Shown piece after piece: positions 18,340-27,659 of a stretch of DNA of 64,000 nucleotides (within the stretch, counting starts at the first letter, position 1; each line of letters begins with the position of its first letter). The DNA is taken from positions 1-64,000 of the forward strand of contig CBDCWG010000007.1 in the NCBI GenBank assembly GCA_965223345.1, written 5' to 3'. Origin of the DNA: Nitrospinales bacterium (GTDB lineage: Bacteria > Nitrospinota > Nitrospinia > Nitrospinales > VA-1). The notes under the pieces were generated by a model. It searched no databases and was not told the DNA's origin. It worked only from the letters and a program-made list of their open reading frames with translations. The position numbers were made by a program, and so were the translations under genes.

Positions 18340-21102
18340 TCACTCGAATGCATAGGAAAACTCCTCGCCGTCAACACCCACCCGCACTCGCTGTATGGAT
18401 TTGCCTTCCATCATGTATTTCAAAAACGCGCCGCTGATCTCCGGCAGGATGGTGTGGGTCAATATGGCGTCGATCATCCTGCCGCCGCTTTCCAGCTGGC
18501 TGCAGCGGCTCAGGATGAGATCGACGACGCCGTCCTCGCAGTCGAAGGGCACGCCGTGCGCTTCCTGGATGCGCGCCTCGATGCGGGAGAGCTGCAGCCG
18601 GATGATGTTGCCGAGCATCGCCGTGTCCAGCGGGTAGTAGGGTATCGTCATCAACCGTCCCAGCAGCGCCGCCGGGAACACCTGCAGCAGCGGGTCGCGC
18701 AGGGCCTGGGCGATGGTCTCCGGGTCGGGCCGGTTGTCCTCGTCGCGGCACAGGTCCAGGATGAGATCGCTGCCGACGTTGGAGGTCAGGATGATGAGCG
18801 TGTTCTTGAAATCGATCAGGCGGCCTTCGCCGTCTTCCATGACGCCCTTGTCAAAGACCTGGAAAAAGATCTCGTGCACGTCGGGATGCGCCTTCTCCAC
18901 TTCGTCCAGCAGCACCACGCTGTAGGGTTTGCGCCGCACGGCCTCGGTGAGGACACCGCCCTCGCCGTAGCCCACGTAGCCCGGCGGCGCGCCTTTCAGG
19001 GTGGAGACGGTGTGGGCTTCCTGAAACTCGCTCATGTTGATGGTGATGACGTTGTGCTCGCCGCCGTACAGCCCTTCCGCCAGGGCCAGGGCGGTCTCGG
19101 TCTTGCCGACGCCGCTGGGGCCGCAGAGCAGGAACACGCCGATCGGCCGGCCGGGATTGTCGAGACCGGCGCGCGAGGTTTTGACGCGTTTGCCGATGGC
19201 CTCCAGCGCGTAGCGCTGGCCGATGACGCGTTTGCCCAGCGTGTCGGGCAGATCGAGCACGGCCTGGATCTCGTTGCGCACCATGCGGCCGACGGGGATG
19301 CCGGTCCAGTCCGCGACGACCGAGGCCACCGCCTGTTCGTGCACGCAGGGCAGGATGAGCGGCTGCTCGCCCTGGATTTCCGAAAGCTGCGCTTCGAGGA
19401 TCTTGAGCCGCTCCATTTTCTGTTGTTTCTGTTTTTCGTGATCGTCTTCGCCCTTTTCCAGCGAGCCGCTGCCCGCGTTTTCGCTGGATGCGCCGCCTGG
19501 CGCTTCGGTCTCTCCCACAGCCGTGGCCTCCACTTTATGCGCGGCCCCTTCGCCGTTTTTCGCAGGATGCGCCAATTCGTAGCGGATCTGGACGATCTCA
19601 TCGACCCGCGTTTTTTCATCGCGCCAGCGCGACTCCAGCTTGGCGAGTGTGTCTTTCTCCGATTGCAGCGCTTCGGTGACGTCCTTTTCGCGCTGCTCCA
19701 CATCGGCACCCTGGGCTTTCTCCCGCTCGATGATCTGCCGCTCGACTTCCAGCGCTTCGATCCTGCGCTTGCTGTCGTCCACGCGCGCCGGCTGCGCGTG
19801 CACGCTGATGGCAACGCGCGCGCAGGCGGTGTCGAGCAGGCTCACGGCCTTGTCGGGCAGCTGCCGCGCCGGGATGTAACGGCTGGACAACTGCACGGCG
19901 GCTGCCAGCGCCTCGTCGAGGATCTGCACGTTGTGGTACTTTTCCATGGTGGCGGTCAGGCAGCGCATCATCCACAGGGCTTTTTCTTCTTCGGGCTCGT
20001 CGATCTGCACGGTCTGAAACCGGCGGGTGAGCGCCGGGTCCTTTTCGATGTACTTTTTGTACTCCGCCCAGGTCGTGGCGGCGACGGTGCGCAGCGTGCC
20101 GCGCGCCAGGGCGGGTTTCAAAAGATTGGCCGCGTCGCCGGTCCCCTGCGCCCCGCCCGCTCCGATCAGCGTGTGGGCTTCGTCGATGAACAGGATGATG
20201 GGTTTGGGCGAGGCCTGCACTTCCTCGATGACCTGGCGCAGCCGGTTTTCGAATTCCCCTTTCATGCTGGCCCCTGCCTGCAGGAGCCCCACATCCAGCG
20301 TCCGCAGCGTGACGTTTCTAAGCGGCGGCGGCACATCGCCCGCGGCGATCCGGAGCGCGAACCCCTCCACCACAGCGGTCTTGCCCACCCCCGCTTCGCC
20401 GGTGAGGATGGGGTTGTTCTGCCTCCGGCGCATGAGGATGTCCACAATTTGCCGGATTTCGTTGTCGCGCCCAACGACGGGATCGATCCTGCCGTTTTTC
20501 GCGGCTTCGGTGAGATCGACGGAGAATTTGCTCAGCGCCTCCTGCTTGCCCATCTGCGAGGGAGCCATCGCCGCGCTGCTTTCGCCCGGGTCTATCTCCT
20601 GCCGGGCGTGGTCGTCGGGAGCGTCTTCGGGCGAAGCGCCGACGATAGCGTCGAATTCATCGCCCAGGGCGTCGAGTTTGATCTTCCCGAACTCTTCGGA
20701 AAGTCCCAGCAGCGCGTGACGAAGCGCCGGGGTTTTCAAAATTGAAAACACCAGATGCCCGGAGCGCACGCGCGCGTCGCAGAACAGCAGGGTCGCGTAC
20801 ACCCAGGCGCGCTCCACCGCTTCCTCGACGTGCGCGGAAAGATCGGAGATCGACGTCGCGCCGCGGGGCAGCCGGTCCAGCGATTCGGTGAGCTGCTGCG
20901 ACAATCGCGACGGGTCGAGCTCGAACCGCTTGACGATGCGGTGCAGGTCCGAATCCTGCAGCTGAAAGATCTGGTGCAGCCAGTGCGCGAGTTCCACGTA
21001 GGGGTTGCCGCGCAGTTTGCAGAACACGGTGGCGCTTTCGATGGCTTTGTAGCAGATCGGATTGAGCTTTCCGAACAGGGTCGCGCGGCTGATATCGGCC
21101 AT
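18340..21102 (-). CDS. tssH: T6SS ATPase ClpV
   Basis: LFGKLN N-terminus, RRRQNNPILTGEAGVGKT, GPSGVGKT, PPGYVGYGEGG. Confidence 0.96.
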   Translation of the reverse strand: MADISRATLFGKLNPICYKAIESATVFCKLRGNPYVELAHWLHQIFQLQDSDLHRIVKRFELDPSRLSQQLTESLDRLPRGATSISDLSAHVEEAVERAWVYATLLFCDARVRSGHLVFSILKTPALRHALLGLSEEFGKIKLDALGDEFDAIVGASPEDAPDDHARQEIDPGESSAAMAPSQMGKQEALSKFSVDLTEAAKNGRIDPVVGRDNEIRQIVDILMRRRQNNPILTGEAGVGKTAVVEGFALRIAAGDVPPPLRNVTLRTLDVGLLQAGASMKGEFENRLRQVIEEVQASPKPIILFIDEAHTLIGAGGAQGTGDAANLLKPALARGTLRTVAATTWAEYKKYIEKDPALTRRFQTVQIDEPEEEKALWMMRCLTATMEKYHNVQILDEALAAAVQLSSRYIPARQLPDKAVSLLDTACARVAISVHAQPARVDDSKRRIEALEVERQIIEREKAQGADVEQREKDVTEALQSEKDTLAKLESRWRDEKTRVDEIVQIRYELAHPAKNGEGAAHKVEATAVGETEAPGGASSENAGSGSLEKGEDDHEKQKQQKMERLKILEAQLSEIQGEQPLILPCVHEQAVASVVADWTGIPVGRMVRNEIQAVLDLPDTLGKRVIGQRYALEAIGKRVKTSRAGLDNPGRPIGVFLLCGPSGVGKTETALALAEGLYGGEHNVITINMSEFQEAHTVSTLKGAPPGYVGYGEGGVLTEAVRRKPYSVVLLDEVEKAHPDVHEIFFQVFDKGVMEDGEGRLIDFKNTLIILTSNVGSDLILDLCRDEDNRPDPETIAQALRDPLLQVFPAALLGRLMTIPYYPLDTAMLGNIIRLQLSRIEARIQEAHGVPFDCEDGVVDLILSRCSQLESGGRMIDAILTHTILPEISGAFLKYMMEGKSIQRVRVGVDGEEFSYAFE

Positions 21103-21184
21103 GATGTCGCTCCCACGTTTGAGGTTTGATCTTCAGCAAAACGCAGCGCGCGTCTCGCGAATTCGCATCGTTGCCGGGCGGCGT

Positions 21185-22228
21185 TCAGGCAACGCCCGCC
21201 GTCCCAGCCAGGGCGCCGGAAGACACCTGCAACTCCGCATCCCTGGAAAACGGTTGTTCTTTTTTCAGCCAGCCGCAGTACCCCAGCCGGCCGTTCACGC
21301 CCAGCCGGGTTTCGGGGATCGCCTCTTTTTTGAGGATCAGTTTGAGATCCCACTGCAACTCGTCGCCGAGATAATTGCGGACGAGATCGATCAGGTGCGT
21401 GAGCCCCGGCCGGCCGGGAAAAAAGCGTTCGTAATCTTCAAAGCTCAGCGGCCCGAGAACCAGCCGGAAGCTGTGCTGGTGACCGAACACGCGTTCTCCC
21501 AGCAGCGCGGTCTGCCCCAATACGCTCGACGGACTGTCCGGGGCCAAGTGGCAGCGGTCCGACTCGGAAAGTTTGAGCCAGGAGCCGACGAATTCCTGCA
21601 AGCGCGCGGGAATGCGGAAGTATTCCGCAAGGATCGCCTGCAAGCCTTCGGCGTTGCGCGGCCCGTGGCTGAAGCGCCCGGCAAAAAACGATTTCACCGT
21701 ATCGGCAATGGCGTCGCGGTTTTGTAGCGCATCCAGTCCGCGGCCGGTGAGCGCGCCGACGTAAAACCCGAACCGGTCCTGCTCGGGCCGGTCGTACTGC
21801 ACGGTGGGGCGGGCGTCGGCCCAGGCCCGGTAAAATAGAGACAGCATGCGGTGGTGAAACAGGTCGAGAAAGCGGGAAAATACCGGATCCCCCGCGTTGT
21901 GTTTCCGGAAATAGGCGAATTCGGTCAGGTGGATCGGCAGCGGCCCCTGCGGACCGAGCAGGCCGAAAAAATAACTGCCGAGACGCGGCGAACCGTTGGG
22001 GGCGAATGCGAAGGAAGAAAGGGTCGCGGGCGCGAAGCGCAGGTGCGGGTCCTGCCCCAGTTGCACGGGGTCGTCGGCGGCGCGGCAGGAATGGCCGATT
22101 TTCGGTTTCTCCGGATGGGCGCATTCCAGCAGCCGCACGGCCTGGAAAAAATCGAAATGGTGAGGTTCTTTGGCCAGATCCGCGGTCTGGGCTAAAGAAC
22201 GCGGCGCTTTGCCATTTCCGGAACCCAT
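21185..22228 (-). CDS. tssG: T6SS baseplate protein TssG
   Basis: FDFFQAVRLLE, FFGLLGPQGPLP, FLDLFHHR. Confidence 0.93.
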   Translation of the reverse strand: MGSGNGKAPRSLAQTADLAKEPHHFDFFQAVRLLECAHPEKPKIGHSCRAADDPVQLGQDPHLRFAPATLSSFAFAPNGSPRLGSYFFGLLGPQGPLPIHLTEFAYFRKHNAGDPVFSRFLDLFHHRMLSLFYRAWADARPTVQYDRPEQDRFGFYVGALTGRGLDALQNRDAIADTVKSFFAGRFSHGPRNAEGLQAILAEYFRIPARLQEFVGSWLKLSESDRCHLAPDSPSSVLGQTALLGERVFGHQHSFRLVLGPLSFEDYERFFPGRPGLTHLIDLVRNYLGDELQWDLKLILKKEAIPETRLGVNGRLGYCGWLKKEQPFSRDAELQVSSGALAGTAGVA

Positions 22229-22264
22229 CGCACGCTCTCCACGGTTGCTGTTCGGTTTGGTTTT

Positions 22265-24133
22265 CTATAAAACATCGCGCTCTCCCAATCGGGGGGCCCA
22301 GCGCACGATCTCACCGCGTTCCACCGTTTTTAAAACGGTCTCGGCGAACGAATTGACGGAGGTGTAATGGGAAAAAAAGCGTTCGAGCACCAACCCCAAC
22401 GGTAGCACGCCGCTGCCTTCGAACGCGGATTCGTCGAACGTCACCGTCACCTCCAGCCCCCTGCCGAAGGAGATCGGCCCCGGAGAGGGAATCCTGCGGT
22501 GCACGGGTTTGGAATCCACCGACACCAGGCCTTCGATCTGCTTTTTCATTGAGCTGTCCGCCGCCGCGCCGTACAGCCCGAGCAGTTCGCGCAACGCGCC
22601 GGCATCGCCGTTGCCGGTGATCGACAGGTAGTTCAGTGAAAGGTGGCTGATCAACCGCCACGCCACGTCGCCCTCGGCGAGCGAGGGTGTGGGCGGTGTG
22701 GGCCCGGCCAGGCAGCGCACCGCTTCGATGGGACCGCCGATGTTGAGCGTGAAATCCGAGGCCTGCTTGCCCACCGAGAGAAACAGCGGCAGATCGCGGT
22801 TGGTGCAGCGGATTTCCAGCCCCAGCTGGCGCAGGTCGCTCGCCAGCGGCGCTTCGTTGGCGTCCACCAGCGACACGTACACCTCACCGCCGGAATAACT
22901 GGAACGCGGGCCGCGCTGGCGGGCGCGTTCGGACAGCACACGCTTTCTGCGGCTCAGCGTGAAGTAGGCGTGGTTCTGCTCGTAGGCTTTGTGGCCGCTC
23001 AGGGAATAAAAAGGCAGAAACTCGCGGCTCTCCTCGGTGCCCGCGCCGTACCCCGTCACCTTGAGCACATCGAAGACCTCGTAATCCATCGGCCGGCTGC
23101 GGTCGGGTACGATGTGGTACTCGCTGGCGCCGTGGTTGAGGTGGATGCGGTCCGCGTGCTTTTTGAACAGGTTCACCGCCGGCGTGCAGAACAGCGCGAA
23201 ATGCTCTTTCTCCACTTTGCCCGCCAGTTCGGGCTCGAGGCGGTTGAGCAGGATGAACAGGTCGAGCGTGTTTTCCTCGCAGCGGGCCACGGAGGGCCTG
23301 AGCCCGGTGAAGCGCAGCATGCGGTTGCGTTCGGGAAACGCAAAGTGTTCCTTGAGCAGCCGGTAGCCCTGGAACGAACGCGGCCCGAAGGGCAACAGCG
23401 CCTGGTCTTCTTCCAGCCCGTAGGCCTGAATGGCGGATGCGGGCAGCCGTTCCTGCCAGTCCGGCGAGCTCGATGCGGGCTTGGCGACAACACCCAGACT
23501 ATTGGCCAGCATCTGTTCGATCAACTGCACGGGCCGCCGGTCCAGGCCGTGCATGTAAAACACCAGTTCATCGAAAGCAAGCTGGTTGAATTTGAGATCG
23601 GCTGTGGTTTGAAGGCGGATGCGGATCGCCCCCTTCACGCCGGGCGGCGTTTGCACGCCGGTGGCGGCGACGGCGGAGGCGCTGGTCAGATACTCCGCCT
23701 CGGCGACTTCGATGGGCCAGAGCACGACTTCGTTCGCGGTGCTGTACTGGCACTGGGTCTGGCCTTCCTTCAGGCTTTGGCCCATGAGCGTGGTGTGCCG
23801 GGAAACGGGGTAGCCTTCCACCAGCGAGCCTTCGGTGCCCTTCGGCGTGAACTGCACCAGCACCATCGACGGTGTCGGCGAAAGGAAATGCGGGTACACC
23901 ATGTCCAGCAGGTGCTGGGTGAAGCGCGGGAACTCCGCATCCACCTTGAGCTGCACCCGCGCCGCCATGTAGCCGAACCCCTCCAAGAGCCGTTCGACAT
24001 AAGGGTCGGCGCAGTCGAACCCGTCCATGCCGAGCCGCCCCGCGATCTTGGGGTATTCCTTTGCGAATTCCCCGAACATTTCGCGGATGTGCTGCAGCTC
24101 GCCATTGTAGTATTTGAGAAATTTCGGGTCCAT
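22265..24133 (-). CDS. tssF: T6SS baseplate protein TssF
   Basis: MDPKFLKYYNGEL, EFAKEYPKIAGRL, DPYVERLLEGF, FCTPAVNLF, SVNSF; start overlaps tssE stop. Confidence 0.95.
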   Translation of the reverse strand: MDPKFLKYYNGELQHIREMFGEFAKEYPKIAGRLGMDGFDCADPYVERLLEGFGYMAARVQLKVDAEFPRFTQHLLDMVYPHFLSPTPSMVLVQFTPKGTEGSLVEGYPVSRHTTLMGQSLKEGQTQCQYSTANEVVLWPIEVAEAEYLTSASAVAATGVQTPPGVKGAIRIRLQTTADLKFNQLAFDELVFYMHGLDRRPVQLIEQMLANSLGVVAKPASSSPDWQERLPASAIQAYGLEEDQALLPFGPRSFQGYRLLKEHFAFPERNRMLRFTGLRPSVARCEENTLDLFILLNRLEPELAGKVEKEHFALFCTPAVNLFKKHADRIHLNHGASEYHIVPDRSRPMDYEVFDVLKVTGYGAGTEESREFLPFYSLSGHKAYEQNHAYFTLSRRKRVLSERARQRGPRSSYSGGEVYVSLVDANEAPLASDLRQLGLEIRCTNRDLPLFLSVGKQASDFTLNIGGPIEAVRCLAGPTPPTPSLAEGDVAWRLISHLSLNYLSITGNGDAGALRELLGLYGAAADSSMKKQIEGLVSVDSKPVHRRIPSPGPISFGRGLEVTVTFDESAFEGSGVLPLGLVLERFFSHYTSVNSFAETVLKTVERGEIVRWAPRLGERDVL

Positions 24134-24792
24134 CAGCCTGAACCGGGCGTCGCGGTTTGCGAAAAGTTCACTTTGCCGGTTTCCACGTTGACCTCGGCCT
24201 GCAGGAACACGTGCAGGGGAACCGGCTGCGACCACACTTCGCCTTCGATCTCCATGCTCAACGCGTTGCGGGACTGCGAGCGGTCGCGGGCATGGATGCG
24301 CACCTTGAGCGAATGCTTGAGGATGCGCGGCTCGAAATTCCAGATGGCCTCGCGCACGCGCCGCTCCAGCTTTCCCTTGTCAAACCCGGAGAGCGAGCCG
24401 CCGACCAGATCGGGAATGCCGTAGTTGATAACGGAACCCGCCGCATAGGGATAGGCGCTGAGATCCTCGGACAATTCCAGGTTTCCGGTGTTGAGCAGCC
24501 ATTCCAGATCGCGGATGACGCTTTGCCTGAGCTTGCTGACGGACCAGAAATACGGCTCGCGCTCCTCGTCCGCTTTTTCATTTGCGGCAGCAGGTCGCGT
24601 CTGCTGCGACGCGGCCCCATTGCCCTGCGCGGAATCCTCTTCCCGCCCGGACCGATCGCCGTTTTCGCTTGCAGGCGAGCCGGAGTCGGAACGCATCTCT
24701 CCGGCTGCGCTCACCTTGCCTTTGGGATTGGCGTCGATCAGCCGGTCGAGCAGCGAGGGTTGCAGTCTTTCTTTGGGCAACAGATCCGCCAT
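24133..24792 (-). CDS. tssE: T6SS baseplate protein TssE (gp25-like) with polar insertion
   Basis: ERLQPSLLDRL, RDLEWLLNT, SVINYGIPD, FEPRI. Confidence 0.9.
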   Translation of the reverse strand: MADLLPKERLQPSLLDRLIDANPKGKVSAAGEMRSDSGSPASENGDRSGREEDSAQGNGAASQQTRPAAANEKADEEREPYFWSVSKLRQSVIRDLEWLLNTGNLELSEDLSAYPYAAGSVINYGIPDLVGGSLSGFDKGKLERRVREAIWNFEPRILKHSLKVRIHARDRSQSRNALSMEIEGEVWSQPVPLHVFLQAEVNVETGKVNFSQTATPGSG

Positions 24793-24963
24793 GGTTTTCC
24801 CATGCAATGGAGGGGCCTTGCCCCTCCGGGTCGAAAGCGCATTCCGCCTCTGAAGAAACCGCAGGCACGCCATCGATTTCTTTGGATGAAACGCGATCCA
24901 AATATTTAAAGCTTTGCCTGAAGAAAAAGCAGCGAAACCGCCATAATCTTCAGAGCAGAACGA

Positions 24964-25461
24964 TCAACCGGAAGCGGAGTCGGAGTTTTCCTGCAGGTCC
25001 CAACCGCGCGAGACTTCCTTGCCTTTCTTGCCCTCGTGATCCACAGGCGTGTAGATCTCGGTGATTTTTCCGGGATTCAACGATATGGATTCGGTCGGCT
25101 TCTGGCCGCCGCCGTTGCCCATGATCTGGTAGTTGCTGACCACCACGTTTTCCAGTTTGTATTTCAGGTACACATTGCGCTTCTTGTTGGTGGTGAGGAT
25201 GGCGTCCATTTCGATTTTGGGAATGTGCTCGCCGTTGCAGCAGGCCTGCAGGATATCCGGCGAAGCCTTATCGACGAATTTGGAAATGGAAAATTCACCG
25301 AACTGCACGCCGGCGGAGGTGCGGCCGCCGCTGCCGCTGGCGCCGGAGCCGGGCTGATGCGCGCCGTGCGAAAAGCTTTCGATCTCGCACCAGTCCTTGT
25401 GTTCCTTATCCGTGGACTCGCCTTTGATCTTGTCTCCAAACTTGATGTACATGTCGGACAT
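24964..25461 (-). CDS. hcp: T6SS tube protein Hcp
   Basis: IKGESTDKEHKDWCEIESFSHG, KFVDKASP, ESISLN, GWDL; 165 aa. Confidence 0.95.
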   Translation of the reverse strand: MSDMYIKFGDKIKGESTDKEHKDWCEIESFSHGAHQPGSGASGSGGRTSAGVQFGEFSISKFVDKASPDILQACCNGEHIPKIEMDAILTTNKKRNVYLKYKLENVVVSNYQIMGNGGGQKPTESISLNPGKITEIYTPVDHEGKKGKEVSRGWDLQENSDSASG

Positions 25462-25558
25462 TGCTCAGTCTCCCATCGTGATGATTGATAATCGCACCCC
25501 GCTTGTGCATGGGGGTGGCAGAATCAATGTGTGTTTACCCGCCCGTGAACAGCCGCCC

Positions 25559-27055
25559 TCATCCCTGCTTTTCAGACGGCAGCCGCGATACCAGGGACAA
25601 GGACACCGTCAGCCCTTCGAGCTGGTAATGCGGCCGCAGCTTGAATTCGGCGGAATAATAGCCGGGGTTGCCCTCGATGTCGCTCACGGTGACTTCCGCA
25701 TCCGCCAGCGGTTTGCGGGCTTTCTGCTCTTCGGTGGCGGTTTCCGGATTTCCTTCCACGTAGTTCAGGATCCAGTCGTTGAGAAAGGTCTGCATGTCCT
25801 CGCGTTCCTTGAAGGAGCCGACCTTGTCGCGGACGATGCACTTGAGATAATGCGCGAACCGGCAGGTGGCGAAGAGATACGGCAGCCGCGCCGACAGGTT
25901 CGCGTTGGCGGTCGCGCCGGGGTCGTCGTATTCGGCGGGCTTGTGCAGCGACTGCGCGCCAATGAACGCGGCCATGTCGGTGTTCTTCTTGTGCAGCAGC
26001 GGCATGATGCCGTTTTTCGCCAGTTCGGCTTCGCGCCGGTCGGTGATGGCGATCTCCGTCGGGCATTTCATGTCCACGCCGCCGTCGTCGGTCGGGAACG
26101 TGTGCGTGGGCAGCCCTTCCACCAGCCCGCCGGATTCCACGCCGCGGATCTGCGAGCACCAGCCGTACAGCTTGAAGGAGCGGTTGATGTTCACGGCCAT
26201 GGCGTAGGCGGAATTAGCCCAGTTGTATTTTCTGTGATCGGCGCCTGCGGTGTCCTCTTCGAAATCGAACTCCTCGACCGGATCGGTCTTCGCGCCGTAG
26301 GGCAGCCGCGCCAGGAATTTGGGCATGGCGAGGCCGATGTACTTCGACTCCTCGGATTCGCGCAGCGATTTCCAGGACGCGTACTCGGAATTCTGGAAAA
26401 TCTTGGTGACGTCGCGGGGGTTGGACAATTCCTGCCAGCTGTCCATCTGCAACAGGGACGGCGCGGTTCCCGTGATGAAAGGGGAATGCGACGCGGCGGA
26501 CACTTTCGCGATCTCCCCCAATAGCTGCACATCCTGCGGGCTGTGGTCGAAATAATAGTCGCCGACCAGGCAGCCATAGGGCTCGCCGCCGAAGGTGCCG
26601 TATTCGGCCTCGTACATCTTCTTGAAGATGGGGCTCTGGTCCCAGGCGGTGCCCTTGAATTTTTTCAGCGTCTTGTGCAGGTCCTGCTTGGAGATGTTGA
26701 GCACGCGGACTTTGAGCATCTCGTCGGTTTCGGTGTTGTTGATGAGATGGCTCAGACCGCGCCAGCTGCCTTCCAGCGTCTGAAAATCCTCATGATGCAG
26801 AATCTCGTTGACCTGCTCGGTGAGTTTTTTGTCGATCTCGGCGATGTAGGCTTCGATGGTGTGGACGGCGTCTTCGGATATGAGCTGGGCGTTTTCCAGG
26901 GCGTATTTCGCCAGGGTCTGCACCGACTCCTCCACCGCCTCCTTGGAGCGGTCGGATTTCGGTTTGAACTCTTTCGATAAAAGCGAGGAAAATTCGTTTC
27001 CCTCCAGAGTCACGGTTTCGGGCTGTTTGTTCGTTTCGGTGTTGGTTTCCGTCAT
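25559..27055 (-). CDS. tssC: T6SS sheath large subunit TssC
   Basis: LEGSWRGL, LARLPYG, IRGVESGG, KCPTEIAITDRRE, LRPHYQLEGL. Confidence 0.96.
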   Translation of the reverse strand: MTETNTETNKQPETVTLEGNEFSSLLSKEFKPKSDRSKEAVEESVQTLAKYALENAQLISEDAVHTIEAYIAEIDKKLTEQVNEILHHEDFQTLEGSWRGLSHLINNTETDEMLKVRVLNISKQDLHKTLKKFKGTAWDQSPIFKKMYEAEYGTFGGEPYGCLVGDYYFDHSPQDVQLLGEIAKVSAASHSPFITGTAPSLLQMDSWQELSNPRDVTKIFQNSEYASWKSLRESEESKYIGLAMPKFLARLPYGAKTDPVEEFDFEEDTAGADHRKYNWANSAYAMAVNINRSFKLYGWCSQIRGVESGGLVEGLPTHTFPTDDGGVDMKCPTEIAITDRREAELAKNGIMPLLHKKNTDMAAFIGAQSLHKPAEYDDPGATANANLSARLPYLFATCRFAHYLKCIVRDKVGSFKEREDMQTFLNDWILNYVEGNPETATEEQKARKPLADAEVTVSDIEGNPGYYSAEFKLRPHYQLEGLTVSLSLVSRLPSEKQG

Positions 27056-27591
27056 TGTCCGACCTCCTCAGGGGATGCCGCCGGGGCTTCGTCTTTGGGT
27101 TTGGGGGCCGATGCGAGCGCCTGCATCAGGGCTTCGTCCTTCATGACCCTGGCGATCAGCTGTTCGGCGCCGGTCTTGCCGTCCATGTAGGTCACCAGGT
27201 TGGCCAGGTGCTGCCGGGCCTCGAGCAGTTTCCGCAGCGGTTCCACTTTCCGGGCGATGGCCGCCGGGGAAAAATCGTCCATGCTCTCGAACGTGAGGTC
27301 GATGCTGAGGTTGCCCCCTTCCCGGCTCAGCTTGTTGGGCACCTGAAACGCCACGCGCGGCTTCATCGCTTTCAGACGCTCGTCGAAATTGTCCACATCG
27401 ATCTCGAGCGCCTCGCGCTCGGCGACCGGCGGCAGCGGCTCAGCCGGTTTGCCGGAGAGATCGCCCAGCACGCCCATCACAAAGGGGAGCTCGACTTTCT
27501 TGTTGGCGCCGTAAAGCTCGACATCGTATTCGATCTGAACCCGGGGCGCGCGGTTCCTGCCTATGAATTTTTGACTGCTGTCTTTGCCCAT
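27052..27591 (-). CDS. tssB: T6SS sheath small subunit TssB
   Basis: SSQKFIGRNRAPRVQIEYDVE, ELPFVMGVLGDLSG; H1/i3-type N-terminus. Confidence 0.96.
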   Translation of the reverse strand: MGKDSSQKFIGRNRAPRVQIEYDVELYGANKKVELPFVMGVLGDLSGKPAEPLPPVAEREALEIDVDNFDERLKAMKPRVAFQVPNKLSREGGNLSIDLTFESMDDFSPAAIARKVEPLRKLLEARQHLANLVTYMDGKTGAEQLIARVMKDEALMQALASAPKPKDEAPAASPEEVGQ

Positions 27592-27659
27592 TTCAATTCT
27601 CCATTGGGATGAAATTCTTTTTCAACGCCGGGGCTCTGTTTTTCCCCGATCCATGCCAC

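Noticed and set aside
16270..20745. 1491 aa plus-strand ORF (and similar long ORFs at 22643-24424, 30802-33027, 46382-48907)
   Set aside because: Antisense shadows of vgrG/clpV, tssF, usher and kinase caused by GC-rich codon bias; no recognisable motifs
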